Position numbers and translations under genes: made by a program. Positions 10,134 to 19,459 of a stretch of 64,000 nt of DNA are shown here, piece after piece. Below the pieces are notes generated by a model. The model did not search any database. It saw only the letters and a list, made by a program, of their open reading frames with translations, and had not been told where the DNA came from. Source of the stretch: an uncultured Candidatus Rokubacteria bacterium (GTDB taxonomy: Bacteria; Methylomirabilota; Methylomirabilia; Rokubacteriales; DASRDR01); contig CAWDVE010000016.1 in the NCBI GenBank assembly GCA_963805625.1, forward strand, positions 535,195 through 599,194, read 5' to 3'. Position 1 is the first letter of the stretch; each line of letters starts with the position of its first letter.

Positions 10134-10660
10134 GCGGGATGGACGAAGCCTCCATCCCGCCGCGCCCCGCGCCGCGCGCCGTCGGGTTCGATCCGGGACT
10201 GGCCGATACGGGCTACGCGGCGCTCGAGGGCGGGCGCCGGGTACCCACCGTGCTCGGGACCGGGGTCATCCGGACGAGCGCCCGAGACCCGCTGGAGGTG
10301 CGGCTCGAGGCGCTGTTCGACGGAGCGCGGGACGTGCTCGAGCGGTTCGTGCCCGATCTCGTGATCATCGAGGACATCTTCAGCGCGTCGTCGATTCCGC
10401 GCACCGCCATCCTGATGGGTCATGCGCGGGCTGCCGTTTGCCTCGCTGGCCGGCGGCAGCGGGTCCTGCTCGTCTCGGTGGCGCCGTCGGAGGTCAAGCG
10501 GGCGGTGACCGCCTCGGGGGCCGCGCCCAAGGCGCAGGTCGCGCGGGCCATGCAGGTCCTTCTGGCCCTGACCGCCCCGCCGCGACCGAGCCACGTCGCC
10601 GACGCGCTCGCGCTCGCCTACACCGGCCTGTCGCGGGCCCGCGGGCTGGGCGGACGATGA
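10130..10660 (+). CDS. ruvC: Holliday junction resolvase RuvC
   Basis: GFDPGLADTGY, IIEDIF and HVADALALA; gene order yebC-ruvC-ruvA-ruvB. Confidence 0.9.
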   Translation: MSGMDEASIPPRPAPRAVGFDPGLADTGYAALEGGRRVPTVLGTGVIRTSARDPLEVRLEALFDGARDVLERFVPDLVIIEDIFSASSIPRTAILMGHARAAVCLAGRRQRVLLVSVAPSEVKRAVTASGAAPKAQVARAMQVLLALTAPPRPSHVADALALAYTGLSRARGLGGR

Positions 10661-11301
10661 TTGCCTCGCTCCGCGGGCGGCTGCGCCGCCGATTGGAGGG
10701 CCGCGTGATCCTCGAGTCGGCCGGCGTGGGGTACGAGGTCGTGCTGCCGCCCGTCGTCGCCCGCGGACTCGAGGACCTGATGGCGGGCGACGGCGACGCC
10801 GCCGCCGAGCTCGAGCTCGTGATCTACTACCATGCCACGCGTGACCAGCCCCGGCCCGTCCTGATCGGGTTCGCCAAGGACGTGGAGCGTGAGTTCTTCG
10901 AGCGGCTCATCACCGTCAAGGACGTGGGGCCCCTGGTCGCGGCTCGCGCGCTGGTCGCGCCGATCGCGGACATCGCGGAGGCGATCGTCCGGAAGGACGA
11001 GCGCTTCCTCCGCCGGCTGCCGGGGATCGGACCCCAGAAATGCCGCAACATCGTCGCGCAGCTGGAGGGTAAGGTGGCCAAGTACGCGCTCCTCCCGCGG
11101 GAGGAGGCGCCGACGCCGCCGCCGCGCGAGGAGGGCGACGAGGTGCGCGTGCTGGTCCGCGATATCTTGGTCCGGCAGATGGGGCTCAGGCCGGGAGAGG
11201 CCGACCAGGCGATCCGCGAGGCCCTGGCGCGGCGGCCGGACATCGACGCGCCGGAGGCGCTCTTCGAGGAGATCTACCGTGCTCGCCGGGGGTCGCCATG
11301 A
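10657..11301 (+). CDS. ruvA: Holliday junction branch-migration protein RuvA
   Basis: MIASLRGRL...GVGYEV and HhH motif LPGIGPQK. Confidence 0.85.
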   Translation: MIASLRGRLRRRLEGRVILESAGVGYEVVLPPVVARGLEDLMAGDGDAAAELELVIYYHATRDQPRPVLIGFAKDVEREFFERLITVKDVGPLVAARALVAPIADIAEAIVRKDERFLRRLPGIGPQKCRNIVAQLEGKVAKYALLPREEAPTPPPREEGDEVRVLVRDILVRQMGLRPGEADQAIREALARRPDIDAPEALFEEIYRARRGSP

Positions 11302-11410
11302 CGCCGACGAGGGCGCCGCTGGGGCGAGCCCGGGACAGGACCCGTGTCGGGAGGACGGTCAGGGGGCGGCAGGATCCGTCGGGGTCGGGCCGTGGCGGAC
11401 GAGGGGTGCG

Positions 11411-12433
11411 GTGAGCGAGAACCTGCTGAGCGGCACCCCACTGGCCGACGAGGCGCCGTTCGAGCGCGCGTTACGCCCGCAGCGCCTGGACGAGTACATC
11501 GGCCAGCGCGAGGCGGTGGAGAGCCTGCGCGTTTCGGTGGAGGCGGCGCGGCAGCGCGGAGAGTGCCTGGACCACGTGCTCCTCTACGGGCCGCCGGGTC
11601 TCGGCAAGACGACGCTCGCCATCATCCTGGCCAACGAGATGGGGAGCGGGCTCAAGAGCACATCGGGGCCGGCGCTCGAGCGCGGCGACGATCTGATGGG
11701 GGTCCTGACGAGTCTCGAGCCCCGCGACGTGCTCTTCGTGGATGAGATCCACCGGCTGCCACGGGTGGTCGAGGAGCTCTTCTACCCGGCAATGGAGGAT
11801 TTCGAGGTCAACTTCGTCATTGAGCGCGGGATGCACGCCCGGACCATGCGGATCCCGCTCAAGCCGTTCACCCTGGTTGGCGCCACGACGCGGCCCGGCA
11901 TGCTGAGCGCGCCGCTGCGCGAGCGCTTCGGGATCTTCCACCACCTGGACTTTTACGACGACGAGGAGCTGGCGCGGATCGTCGTCCGGTCGGCGGGCAT
12001 CCTCGGCCTCCCCATCGAGCCAGGGGGCGCCGCCGAGATCGCGCGGCGCGCCCGGGGCACCCCGCGCATCGCCAACCGCCTCCTCCGGCGCGTCCGGGAC
12101 TACGCGCAGGTCAAGGGCGACGGCCGCATCAGCCCCGGCATCGCCGACGCCTCCCTCACCATGGAAGGTGTCGACACGCGCGGCCTGGACCGGTTGGACC
12201 GACGCTTCCTCCAGGCGATCGTCGAGCAGTACGGGGGCGGCCCCGTGGGTCTCGAGGCCATCGCCGCGACCATCAACGACGACGCGGAGACGCTGGCGGA
12301 GCTGGTCGAGCCCTATCTCCTCAAGATCGGACTGGTGGTGCGAACCCCGAGCGGCCGGCGCGCGACGCCTGCCGCCTACCGGCACCTCGGCCACCGAGGG
12401 GGCGAAGGCCCTCTCCAGCTGTCTCTCGAGTAG
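11411..12433 (+). CDS. ruvB: Holliday junction helicase RuvB
   Basis: LRPQRLDEYIGQ, GPPGLGKTT, LFVDEIHRL and RGTPRIANRLL. Confidence 0.95.
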   Translation: MSENLLSGTPLADEAPFERALRPQRLDEYIGQREAVESLRVSVEAARQRGECLDHVLLYGPPGLGKTTLAIILANEMGSGLKSTSGPALERGDDLMGVLTSLEPRDVLFVDEIHRLPRVVEELFYPAMEDFEVNFVIERGMHARTMRIPLKPFTLVGATTRPGMLSAPLRERFGIFHHLDFYDDEELARIVVRSAGILGLPIEPGGAAEIARRARGTPRIANRLLRRVRDYAQVKGDGRISPGIADASLTMEGVDTRGLDRLDRRFLQAIVEQYGGGPVGLEAIAATINDDAETLAELVEPYLLKIGLVVRTPSGRRATPAAYRHLGHRGGEGPLQLSLE

Positions 12434-12453
12434 CTGGCGAGTAGGCGGAGACG

Positions 12454-12681
12454 ATGGCGGACGTCGGTCGGATGCTGGTGGTGCTCGGGGTCGTGCTGGT
12501 CGTGGTCGGCGGCGTGCTCTGGCTGGGTGGCGCCGCTGGCGGCAAGGTTCCCTTCCTCGGCCGGCTGCCGGGCGACATTCACGTCGCGCGAGGCAACTGG
12601 TCGTTCTACTTCCCGCTGACCACCTCGATCCTTCTGAGCATCGTGCTCACGCTGGTCTTGGCGCTTCTTTCCCGCCGATGA
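12454..12681 (+). CDS. DUF2905 small membrane protein
   Basis: LGRLPGDI...FYFPLTTSILLS motif, in its usual position after ruvB. Confidence 0.85.
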   Translation: MADVGRMLVVLGVVLVVVGGVLWLGGAAGGKVPFLGRLPGDIHVARGNWSFYFPLTTSILLSIVLTLVLALLSRR

Positions 12682-13850
12682 TCGAGCGCGTGAGCGGGAC
12701 GGCTCGCCGCCTCTCCGCCGGGCGGGCGATCGCGGCTGTCGTCGTCTGGCTTGCGTGCGCGGCCGGCATGGCGAGTCCGGCGAGGGCGCTCGAGCCGATG
12801 AGGATCGCCCTCCTGGACGGCCTTCGTCATGCGGAGATCGGCGTGGCCGAGGTCGTGACGATATCCGACCCGGTCGCCGGGCGGGCGCTTTTCAGACTGC
12901 CCGGTCCGCGCATCCTGCGCGTGGTGCCGTCGGGCACAGGGCTGGATGTGGTCGGGGGCCGGCGGGTGGATCTGCCTCGCATCCGCCTCGAAGTGCGACG
13001 CGGCCCCCTCCGGGTGGGCACGCGAGACTACATCGGAGCGATCGAGATATGGCGCCAGGCGGACGGGCTCCTTCTGGTGAACGAGCTGCCCATGGAGGAA
13101 TACGTTGCCGGGACGGTGCGCGGCGAGGCCTCCGAGCGGTGGCCCGTGGAGGCCCTGCGGGCGCTGGCGGTGGTGGCGCGCACGTACGCCGTCTTCCAGC
13201 AGAGCCGCGCCGCGGGGAAGGCGTTCCACGTCGTCGCGAGCAACCAAGACCAGAACTTCGCCGGCTGGGCGATGGAGGGGTCGCCCGCGCGGGAGGTCGC
13301 CCGGACGACGGCCGGGCAAGTGCTGACCTGGCAGGGTCGGGTGTTCCCGACCTTCTATCACTCGGACTCCGGCGGCTTCACCGAGGCGGCACAGAGCGTC
13401 TTCTCGGGGGACGGTGTCCCCCCGCTCGAGGGCGTCCGCGACGAGTTCTCCATGGAGTCGCCGAACTACACGTGGACCGTGACCCTCCCGCTCACCGTGA
13501 TCGGGGAGCGGCTCCGCCGGGGAGGGCTCGAGGTGGGGCAGGTGACCCGGCTCACGGTGCTCGAGCGCAGCCCCTCCTTCCGTGTCGCGCGCCTTGCCGT
13601 CGAGCACTCTCGCGGGACGGCCACGCTCCGGGGGGCCGACTTCCGGCGGCTGATCGGGTACGATGCGTTGAAGAGTACGCTCTTCGTTCCGGTCGCCCAT
13701 GATGGTGTGGTGCGGTTCGAGGGGCGCGGCTGGGGGCATGGCGTGGGCCTGTCCCAGTTCGGCGCCAAGGGCATGGCCGACCGCGGATACGCGTATCCTC
13801 AGATTCTCGAGCATTACTATCCAGGCACCGCTCTGGCGACCCTGCGGTGA
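12678..13850 (+). CDS. SpoIID/LytB domain protein
   Basis: VNELPMEEYVAG...EALRALAVVARTY and GRGWGHGVGLSQFGA...ILEHYYPG. Confidence 0.9.
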   Translation: MIERVSGTARRLSAGRAIAAVVVWLACAAGMASPARALEPMRIALLDGLRHAEIGVAEVVTISDPVAGRALFRLPGPRILRVVPSGTGLDVVGGRRVDLPRIRLEVRRGPLRVGTRDYIGAIEIWRQADGLLLVNELPMEEYVAGTVRGEASERWPVEALRALAVVARTYAVFQQSRAAGKAFHVVASNQDQNFAGWAMEGSPAREVARTTAGQVLTWQGRVFPTFYHSDSGGFTEAAQSVFSGDGVPPLEGVRDEFSMESPNYTWTVTLPLTVIGERLRRGGLEVGQVTRLTVLERSPSFRVARLAVEHSRGTATLRGADFRRLIGYDALKSTLFVPVAHDGVVRFEGRGWGHGVGLSQFGAKGMADRGYAYPQILEHYYPGTALATLR

Positions 13851-13864
13851 GAGGGGGCCGGAGG

Positions 13865-14224
13865 GTGACTGACGAGCCCCAGATCCCAGTGAGCGAGATC
13901 ACCTGGAGCGACTTCGAGCGAGTGGACATGCGGGTTGGCACCGTCGTGCGGGCCGAGCCCTTCCCGGAGGCTCGGAAGCCGGCGTACAAGCTCTGGATCG
14001 ATCTCGGCCCGCTCGGGGAGCGGCGGTCGAGCGCTCAGATCACCGACCGGTACCGGCCCGAGGACCTGCTCGGGCGCCAGGTCGTGTGCGTCGTCAACTT
14101 CCCGCCGAAGCGGATCGGGCCGTTCGTCTCCGAGGTGCTCGTGCTCGGAGCCTACGTCGACGGCCACACGGTCGTCCTTCTCCGTCCCGAGCAGGACGTC
14201 GAGCGGGGAAGCCGCATTGGCTAG
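13865..14224 (+). CDS. csaA: CsaA-like tRNA-binding protein
   Basis: DFERVDMRVGT...ARKPAYKL...SSAQIT...VVNFPPKRIGPFVSEVLVLG. Confidence 0.85.
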   Translation: MTDEPQIPVSEITWSDFERVDMRVGTVVRAEPFPEARKPAYKLWIDLGPLGERRSSAQITDRYRPEDLLGRQVVCVVNFPPKRIGPFVSEVLVLGAYVDGHTVVLLRPEQDVERGSRIG

Positions 14225-14225
14225 C

Positions 14226-15293
14226 GTGGCCCCGGTCGCCGGCGACCTCGCCCAGTTCGACTACGCGCTGCCGCCGGACCGGATCGCCCAGGAGCCGGCG
14301 GAGCCGCGCGACGCGGCGCGGCTCCTCGTCCTCGACCGACGGTTCGGCGCGCTCGGGGACGCCCGGGTGAGCAACCTCCCGCGCTTCCTCCGGGTGGGGG
14401 ACTGTCTCGTGCTGAACGACACGCGGGTCCTGCCCGCCCGCCTCCTCGGGCGAATCGAGGAGACCGAGCGCGACGTCGAGATGCTGCTGCTCCACCCGGT
14501 CGGCCCGACCAACGAAGACTGGGCCGCGCTCCTCCGTCCGGCCCGGCGCTGTCCGGTCGGGACGACGGTTGCCCTGGCCGACGGGGCTGCCCGGGCGACC
14601 GTGACCGCCCGGGAGGAGCTGGGGCGGGCGCGGGTCCGGCTCGACGGGACCGGTCCGGTCGAGACGTTCCTCGAGGTCCACGGGCTGCCGCCGCTCCCGC
14701 CGTACATCCGCCGGTACCGGAAACCCGGCGGCGAGGACTGGGCACGTTACCAGACCGTCTACGCGGCCCGGCCCGGCGCCGTGGCTGCGCCGACGGCAGG
14801 CCTTCACTTCACGGAGGCGCTGCTCGCGGCCCTCGAGGCGCAGGGCGTCGAGCTCCACCGGGTGACGCTTCACGTCGGCCCGGGGACCTTCCGGCCTGTC
14901 CGTGCCGAACGGATTGCCGATCACCGGGTGGAGGCGGAGCGATTCGAGGTCTCGGAGGCAACGGCGATGGCGGTCGGCCGCGCCCGGCGCGAGGGCCGCC
15001 GCGTGGTGGCGGTGGGGACGACGACCGTCCGGGTGCTCGAGACCGTGGCCATGCCGGACGGCTGCGTGGCCCCGGGCGCCGGCTGGACCGACCTCACCAT
15101 CGTGCCCGGGCATCGGTTCCGCGCGGTCGACGCGCTCCTCACGAACTTCCACCTGCCACGCTCGTCGCTGCTTCTCCTGGTTTCGGCCTTCGCCGGGCGC
15201 GAGCGGGTGCTCGACGCCTACGCTCACGCCGTCGCCGTCGGCTACCGGTTCTACAGCTACGGCGATGCCATGCTGATCACGGACGGCGGTTAG
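14226..15293 (+). CDS. queA: S-adenosylmethionine:tRNA ribosyltransferase-isomerase
   Basis: FDYALPPDRIAQEP, PLPPYI, AAPTAGLHFT and YRFYSYGDAM. Confidence 0.95.
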   Translation: MAPVAGDLAQFDYALPPDRIAQEPAEPRDAARLLVLDRRFGALGDARVSNLPRFLRVGDCLVLNDTRVLPARLLGRIEETERDVEMLLLHPVGPTNEDWAALLRPARRCPVGTTVALADGAARATVTAREELGRARVRLDGTGPVETFLEVHGLPPLPPYIRRYRKPGGEDWARYQTVYAARPGAVAAPTAGLHFTEALLAALEAQGVELHRVTLHVGPGTFRPVRAERIADHRVEAERFEVSEATAMAVGRARREGRRVVAVGTTTVRVLETVAMPDGCVAPGAGWTDLTIVPGHRFRAVDALLTNFHLPRSSLLLLVSAFAGRERVLDAYAHAVAVGYRFYSYGDAMLITDGG

Positions 15294-15296
15294 CCC

Positions 15297-16472
15297 TTGA
15301 CCCCATCCTTCGAGCTGCTGGCGCAGGATGGCGAGGCGCGACGGGGCCGGCTCCACACCCCGCACGGCACCGTCGAGACGCCCGCCTTCATGCCGGTCGG
15401 GACGCTGGGGACGGTCAAGAGCCTCACCCCGGCGGATCTCCGGGGGATCGGGGCCGAGATCGTCCTCGCCAACACCTACCACCTGTTCCTGCGGCCCGGC
15501 GCCGCGCTGATCGCCGAGCTCGGGGGTCTCCACCGCTTCATGGCGTGGGATGGGCCCATCCTCACCGACTCGGGTGGGTTCCAGGTGTGGAGCCTCGCCG
15601 CGCTCCGGACCATCCGCGAGGAGGGGGTGCGCTTCCGCTCGCACCTCGACGGCGGCACGGAGCATCTGCTCACACCCGAACTGGTCGTCGAGGTGCAGCA
15701 GGCGCTCGGGGTCGACGTCCTGCATCCCCTCGACGAGTGCCTGCCGCACCCGGCGTCGCGGGATGCGGTGGAGGCGTCCTTGCGGCGCACGGTCCGCTGG
15801 GCCCGGCGGGCGCACGCGGCCCACGTGGCCGGGCGCCGCGCGGGCCAAGCCTGCTTCGGCATCGTCCAGGGCGGCATGTACCCGGATCTGCGGCGCGCGG
15901 CCGTGGCGGAGACCTGCGCGCTCGGGTTCGACGGCTACGCGCTCGGCGGGTTCGCGGTCGGCGAGCCCCGGGGGCTCATGCGCGAGCTGGTCGGGCTCAC
16001 GGCCTCCGCGCTCCCCGCCGATCGCCCCCGCTACCTGATGGGGGTCGGTCGTCCCGGGGACCTGGTGGACGCGGTGGCGGCCGGGGTGGACATGTTCGAC
16101 TGCGTGCTGCCGACCCGGCACGCCCGGACGGGCCAGGCGTTCACGCGCCGAGGTCTGCTGGTCATCCGCCACGCCGCACATGCCCGGGCCCCCGAGCCGC
16201 TCGACCCATCGTGCCCGTGCTACGCGTGCCGGAACTTCTCGCGCGCCTACCTCCGGCACCTCTTCCTGGCGCGGGAGCTCACCGTGTACCGGCTCCTCAC
16301 GCTCCACAACCTGACATACTATCTCGGCTTGATGGCCGGCCTGCGCGCCGCCATCTCGGCCGGCACTTTCGCCGCGTTCCGACAGGCCGTGCTCGAGGCG
16401 TATGGCTCGGACGACGCCGAGCCGGTGACGGCGCCGGGTGGCGAACCACCCGGGCAAGAGGAGGCATCGTGA
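15297..16472 (+). CDS. tgt: tRNA-guanine transglycosylase
   Basis: TPAFMPVGT, LANTYHL, TDSGGFQV, DMFDCVLPTR and a C-x-C-x2-C zinc site. Confidence 0.95.
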   Translation: MTPSFELLAQDGEARRGRLHTPHGTVETPAFMPVGTLGTVKSLTPADLRGIGAEIVLANTYHLFLRPGAALIAELGGLHRFMAWDGPILTDSGGFQVWSLAALRTIREEGVRFRSHLDGGTEHLLTPELVVEVQQALGVDVLHPLDECLPHPASRDAVEASLRRTVRWARRAHAAHVAGRRAGQACFGIVQGGMYPDLRRAAVAETCALGFDGYALGGFAVGEPRGLMRELVGLTASALPADRPRYLMGVGRPGDLVDAVAAGVDMFDCVLPTRHARTGQAFTRRGLLVIRHAAHARAPEPLDPSCPCYACRNFSRAYLRHLFLARELTVYRLLTLHNLTYYLGLMAGLRAAISAGTFAAFRQAVLEAYGSDDAEPVTAPGGEPPGQEEAS

Positions 16473-16807
16473 TCGACCTCGCCTACGCCATGGGGCCGTC
16501 ACCGCAGCCGGGTGGTGGCGCCGCGTCCATGCTGATCCAGCTCGTCCCGATCGCGCTCGTGCTGGGCATCTTCTTCTTCCTCGTGATTCGCCCCCAGCAG
16601 GCGGAGCGCCGGAGGCGCGAGCAGATGCTCGCCAGCCTGAAGAAGGGCGACCGGGTGGTGACGTCCGGAGGCCTGATCGGCACGATCGTCGGCGTCACGG
16701 ACCGGAAGGTCAGCCTGAAGCTCGGGGACTCCATCCGCGTGGAGTGTCTCAGGAGCGCGATCACGGGGTTCGAGTCCGACGGCAAGGCCGACGCGGACAC
16801 GGCCTGA
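16469..16807 (+). CDS. yajC: Preprotein translocase subunit YajC
   Basis: IFFFLVIRPQQ...LKKGDRVVTSGGLIG. Confidence 0.92.
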   Translation: MIDLAYAMGPSPQPGGGAASMLIQLVPIALVLGIFFFLVIRPQQAERRRREQMLASLKKGDRVVTSGGLIGTIVGVTDRKVSLKLGDSIRVECLRSAITGFESDGKADADTA

Positions 16808-16822
16808 CGGGAGCAACCGACC

Positions 16823-18391
16823 ATGCCTCGTTACCTCTGGCTTCGCATCGGCGTCGTGGTGGCCGTCATCGTGGGATCTCTCGTCCTGGTGGCGCCCCGA
16901 GACTGGCGGGGCCAACCCCGGCAGCCCATCAACCTCGGCCTGGACCTCCAGGGCGGGATCCATCTGGTCCTCGGCGTGGACCTCGAGAAGGGGATCCAGA
17001 ACGTGCTCGACCGCATGGCGGGAGACCTGCGGGCGGCGCTTCAGAAGAAGGGCATCGGCGCCCAGGTCGCCCGCCAGGGGCAAACGGGGATCGTGGTCCA
17101 GCTCGCCTCCCCGCAGGCGTTCCAGCAGGCTCAGCAGGCTCTCGCCAGCTTCGTCGAGTTCGACACGCGCTCGCAGGATGCGGCGGCCGGCCGGATCGAG
17201 CTCACGCTGAAGGAGAAGGTGATCAACGAGCGCCGCAACTCCTTCGTGGATCAGGGACTCAAGGTGATCCGGAACCGCGTCGACCAGTTCGGCGTGGCGG
17301 AGCCGACCATCCAGAAGCAGGGCGAGAACCGCATCCTCGTCCAGCTGCCGGGCGTTCAGGATCCGGCCCGGGCGAAGGCGCTCATCGGAAAGACCGCGGT
17401 GCTGGAGTTCAAGCTGGTCGACGACCAGGTGGTGGACATGACCCGGGCCGTCCAGGAGGGGCCGCCCCCCGGCGACGAGGTTCTCTACGGACGGCGTGTG
17501 GACCGCACGACGAAGGCTGAGACCCGGGTCCCGTACGTGGTCAAGAAGGAGGTCCTGCTGACCGGCGACGTCATCTCGGACGCCACGGTCCGCGTCTCCG
17601 ACGTGGGCGAGCCCTACGTCTCCGTGTCGTTCGACAGCGTCGGCGCGCGCCTCTTCGGCGAGGCAACCGAGAAGAACGTCGGCAAGGCGCTCGCGATCGT
17701 CCTCGACGGCAACGTCCACTCCGCACCCGTGATCCGCGAGCGCATTCCCTCGGGGCAGGCGCAGATCTCCGGGGGCTTCACCTTCGAGGAGGCCAGTGAC
17801 CTCGCGATCGTGCTGCGGACGGGGGCGCTGCAGGCGCCGGTCCAGGTCCTCGAGGAGCGCACGGTCGGCCCCTCGCTCGGCGCGGACTCGATTCGCAAGG
17901 GCGTCATCTCGACGGCCGCCGGCGCGCTGGCCGTGTTCCTGTTCATGCTGATCTACTACCGGCTGTCGGGCGCGATCGCCGACCTGGCGCTCCTGCTCAA
18001 CCTCGCCATCCTCCTCGCGGCGTTGGCCTGGTTCCAGGCGACGCTGACCTTGCCCGGCATCGCCGGCATCGTGCTGACGATCGGTATGGCGGTCGACACC
18101 AACATCCTCATCTTCGAGCGCATCCGCGAGGAGTTCCGGCTCGGGAAGACCGTCCGGGCGGCGATCGACGCGGGCTTCCGGCGGGCGCTCACGACTGTCA
18201 TCGACACCCACGTGACGGTGGTCGTGTCGGGCATCATCCTCTATCAGTTCGGAACGGGACCGATCAAGGGCTTCGCGGTCACGCTCATGTTGGGTATCGT
18301 GGCCAGCCTGTTCACGGCGGTCTTCTTCACGCGCCTGATCTTCGACCTGGTCTACATGGGCCGCCGGCGGCTCCAGACGCTGTCCATCTGA
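16823..18391 (+). CDS. secD: Protein translocase subunit SecD
   Basis: LGLDLQGG, RVDQFGVAEP and GMAVDTNILIFERIREE. Confidence 0.95.
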   Translation: MPRYLWLRIGVVVAVIVGSLVLVAPRDWRGQPRQPINLGLDLQGGIHLVLGVDLEKGIQNVLDRMAGDLRAALQKKGIGAQVARQGQTGIVVQLASPQAFQQAQQALASFVEFDTRSQDAAAGRIELTLKEKVINERRNSFVDQGLKVIRNRVDQFGVAEPTIQKQGENRILVQLPGVQDPARAKALIGKTAVLEFKLVDDQVVDMTRAVQEGPPPGDEVLYGRRVDRTTKAETRVPYVVKKEVLLTGDVISDATVRVSDVGEPYVSVSFDSVGARLFGEATEKNVGKALAIVLDGNVHSAPVIRERIPSGQAQISGGFTFEEASDLAIVLRTGALQAPVQVLEERTVGPSLGADSIRKGVISTAAGALAVFLFMLIYYRLSGAIADLALLLNLAILLAALAWFQATLTLPGIAGIVLTIGMAVDTNILIFERIREEFRLGKTVRAAIDAGFRRALTTVIDTHVTVVVSGIILYQFGTGPIKGFAVTLMLGIVASLFTAVFFTRLIFDLVYMGRRRLQTLSI

Positions 18392-18418
18392 GGCAGCGGG
18401 ACAAGAGGGCGGCACGCG

Positions 18419-19366
18419 ATGCACCAGATCTTCGTCAACGCGAAATACGACTTCATCGGCAAGCGGCGCTGGGCCTATGCCATCTCCCTGATCGTGACCC
18501 TGATCGGGCTCGCCCACATCGCCTGGCAGGGTGGGCTCCGGTACGGTATCGACTTCTCCGGCGGCACGCTGGTGCAGGTGCGATTCCAGCAGGCCACGAC
18601 GGTCGACGCCGTGCGGAGCGCGCTGGACCGGGTTCGCCTCGGGGAGAGCGTCATCCAGGAATTCGGCGATGCTCAGGAGTACCTGGTCCGGGTCCCCGCG
18701 TCGAGCGGGGCCCTCGAGGAGACCTCCAAGAAGGTCGAGCAGGGGATCCGTGAGGCCGGGCTGCCGGGCTTCGAGGTGCGGCGGCTCGAGTTCGTCGGGC
18801 CCCAGGTGGGCCGAGACCTGCAGCTGCAGGCGGTCTATGCGGTGCTCGCGGGCATGGCGGGGATCCTCGCCTACGTGGCGCTCCGCTTCGACTTCCGCGG
18901 CGGGGTCGCGGCGATCATCGCGCTCCTGCACGACGTCCTCGTGGCCCTAGCCGCCCTGTCGTTCGCCAACCGCGAGATGTCGCTTCCGGTGCTGGCGGCG
19001 CTCCTCACGATCGTGGGGTTCTCCATCAACGATACGATCGTCGTCTTCGATCGCATCCGGGAGACGCGGGGCCGAGGGCTGCGGAAGGGCGAGACCCTGG
19101 CGGACGTCATCAACGCGGCCGTCAACCAGACGCTGTCTCGGACGGTTCTCACCTCGCTGACGGTCTTCTTGGTCGTGGCCATCCTGTACGTCGCGGGGGG
19201 CGAGGTCCTGCGGGACTTCGCGTTCGCGCTGCTGGTGGGTGTGGTGACCGGGACCTACTCCTCGGTCTTCGTCGCCGCGCCGATCATCGTGGACTGGGAG
19301 AACTGGAGCCAGGCGCGCCAGCGGGGGGCCAAAAAGACCGTGGTGAAGGCGAGCGCCGGACGGTAA
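18419..19366 (+). CDS. secF: Protein translocase subunit SecF
   Basis: GIDFSGGT, GFSINDTIVVFDRIRE and GTYSSVFVA. Confidence 0.95.
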   Translation: MHQIFVNAKYDFIGKRRWAYAISLIVTLIGLAHIAWQGGLRYGIDFSGGTLVQVRFQQATTVDAVRSALDRVRLGESVIQEFGDAQEYLVRVPASSGALEETSKKVEQGIREAGLPGFEVRRLEFVGPQVGRDLQLQAVYAVLAGMAGILAYVALRFDFRGGVAAIIALLHDVLVALAALSFANREMSLPVLAALLTIVGFSINDTIVVFDRIRETRGRGLRKGETLADVINAAVNQTLSRTVLTSLTVFLVVAILYVAGGEVLRDFAFALLVGVVTGTYSSVFVAAPIIVDWENWSQARQRGAKKTVVKASAGR

Positions 19367-19459
19367 ACTGCTAGGCTACCCGGCGGCCGTCGGGCCGCTT
19401 CCCGGGCCGGGGCGCCTAGTGCCCCGGCTGGTATCCCGCGGGCGAGCCGGGATGCGCAT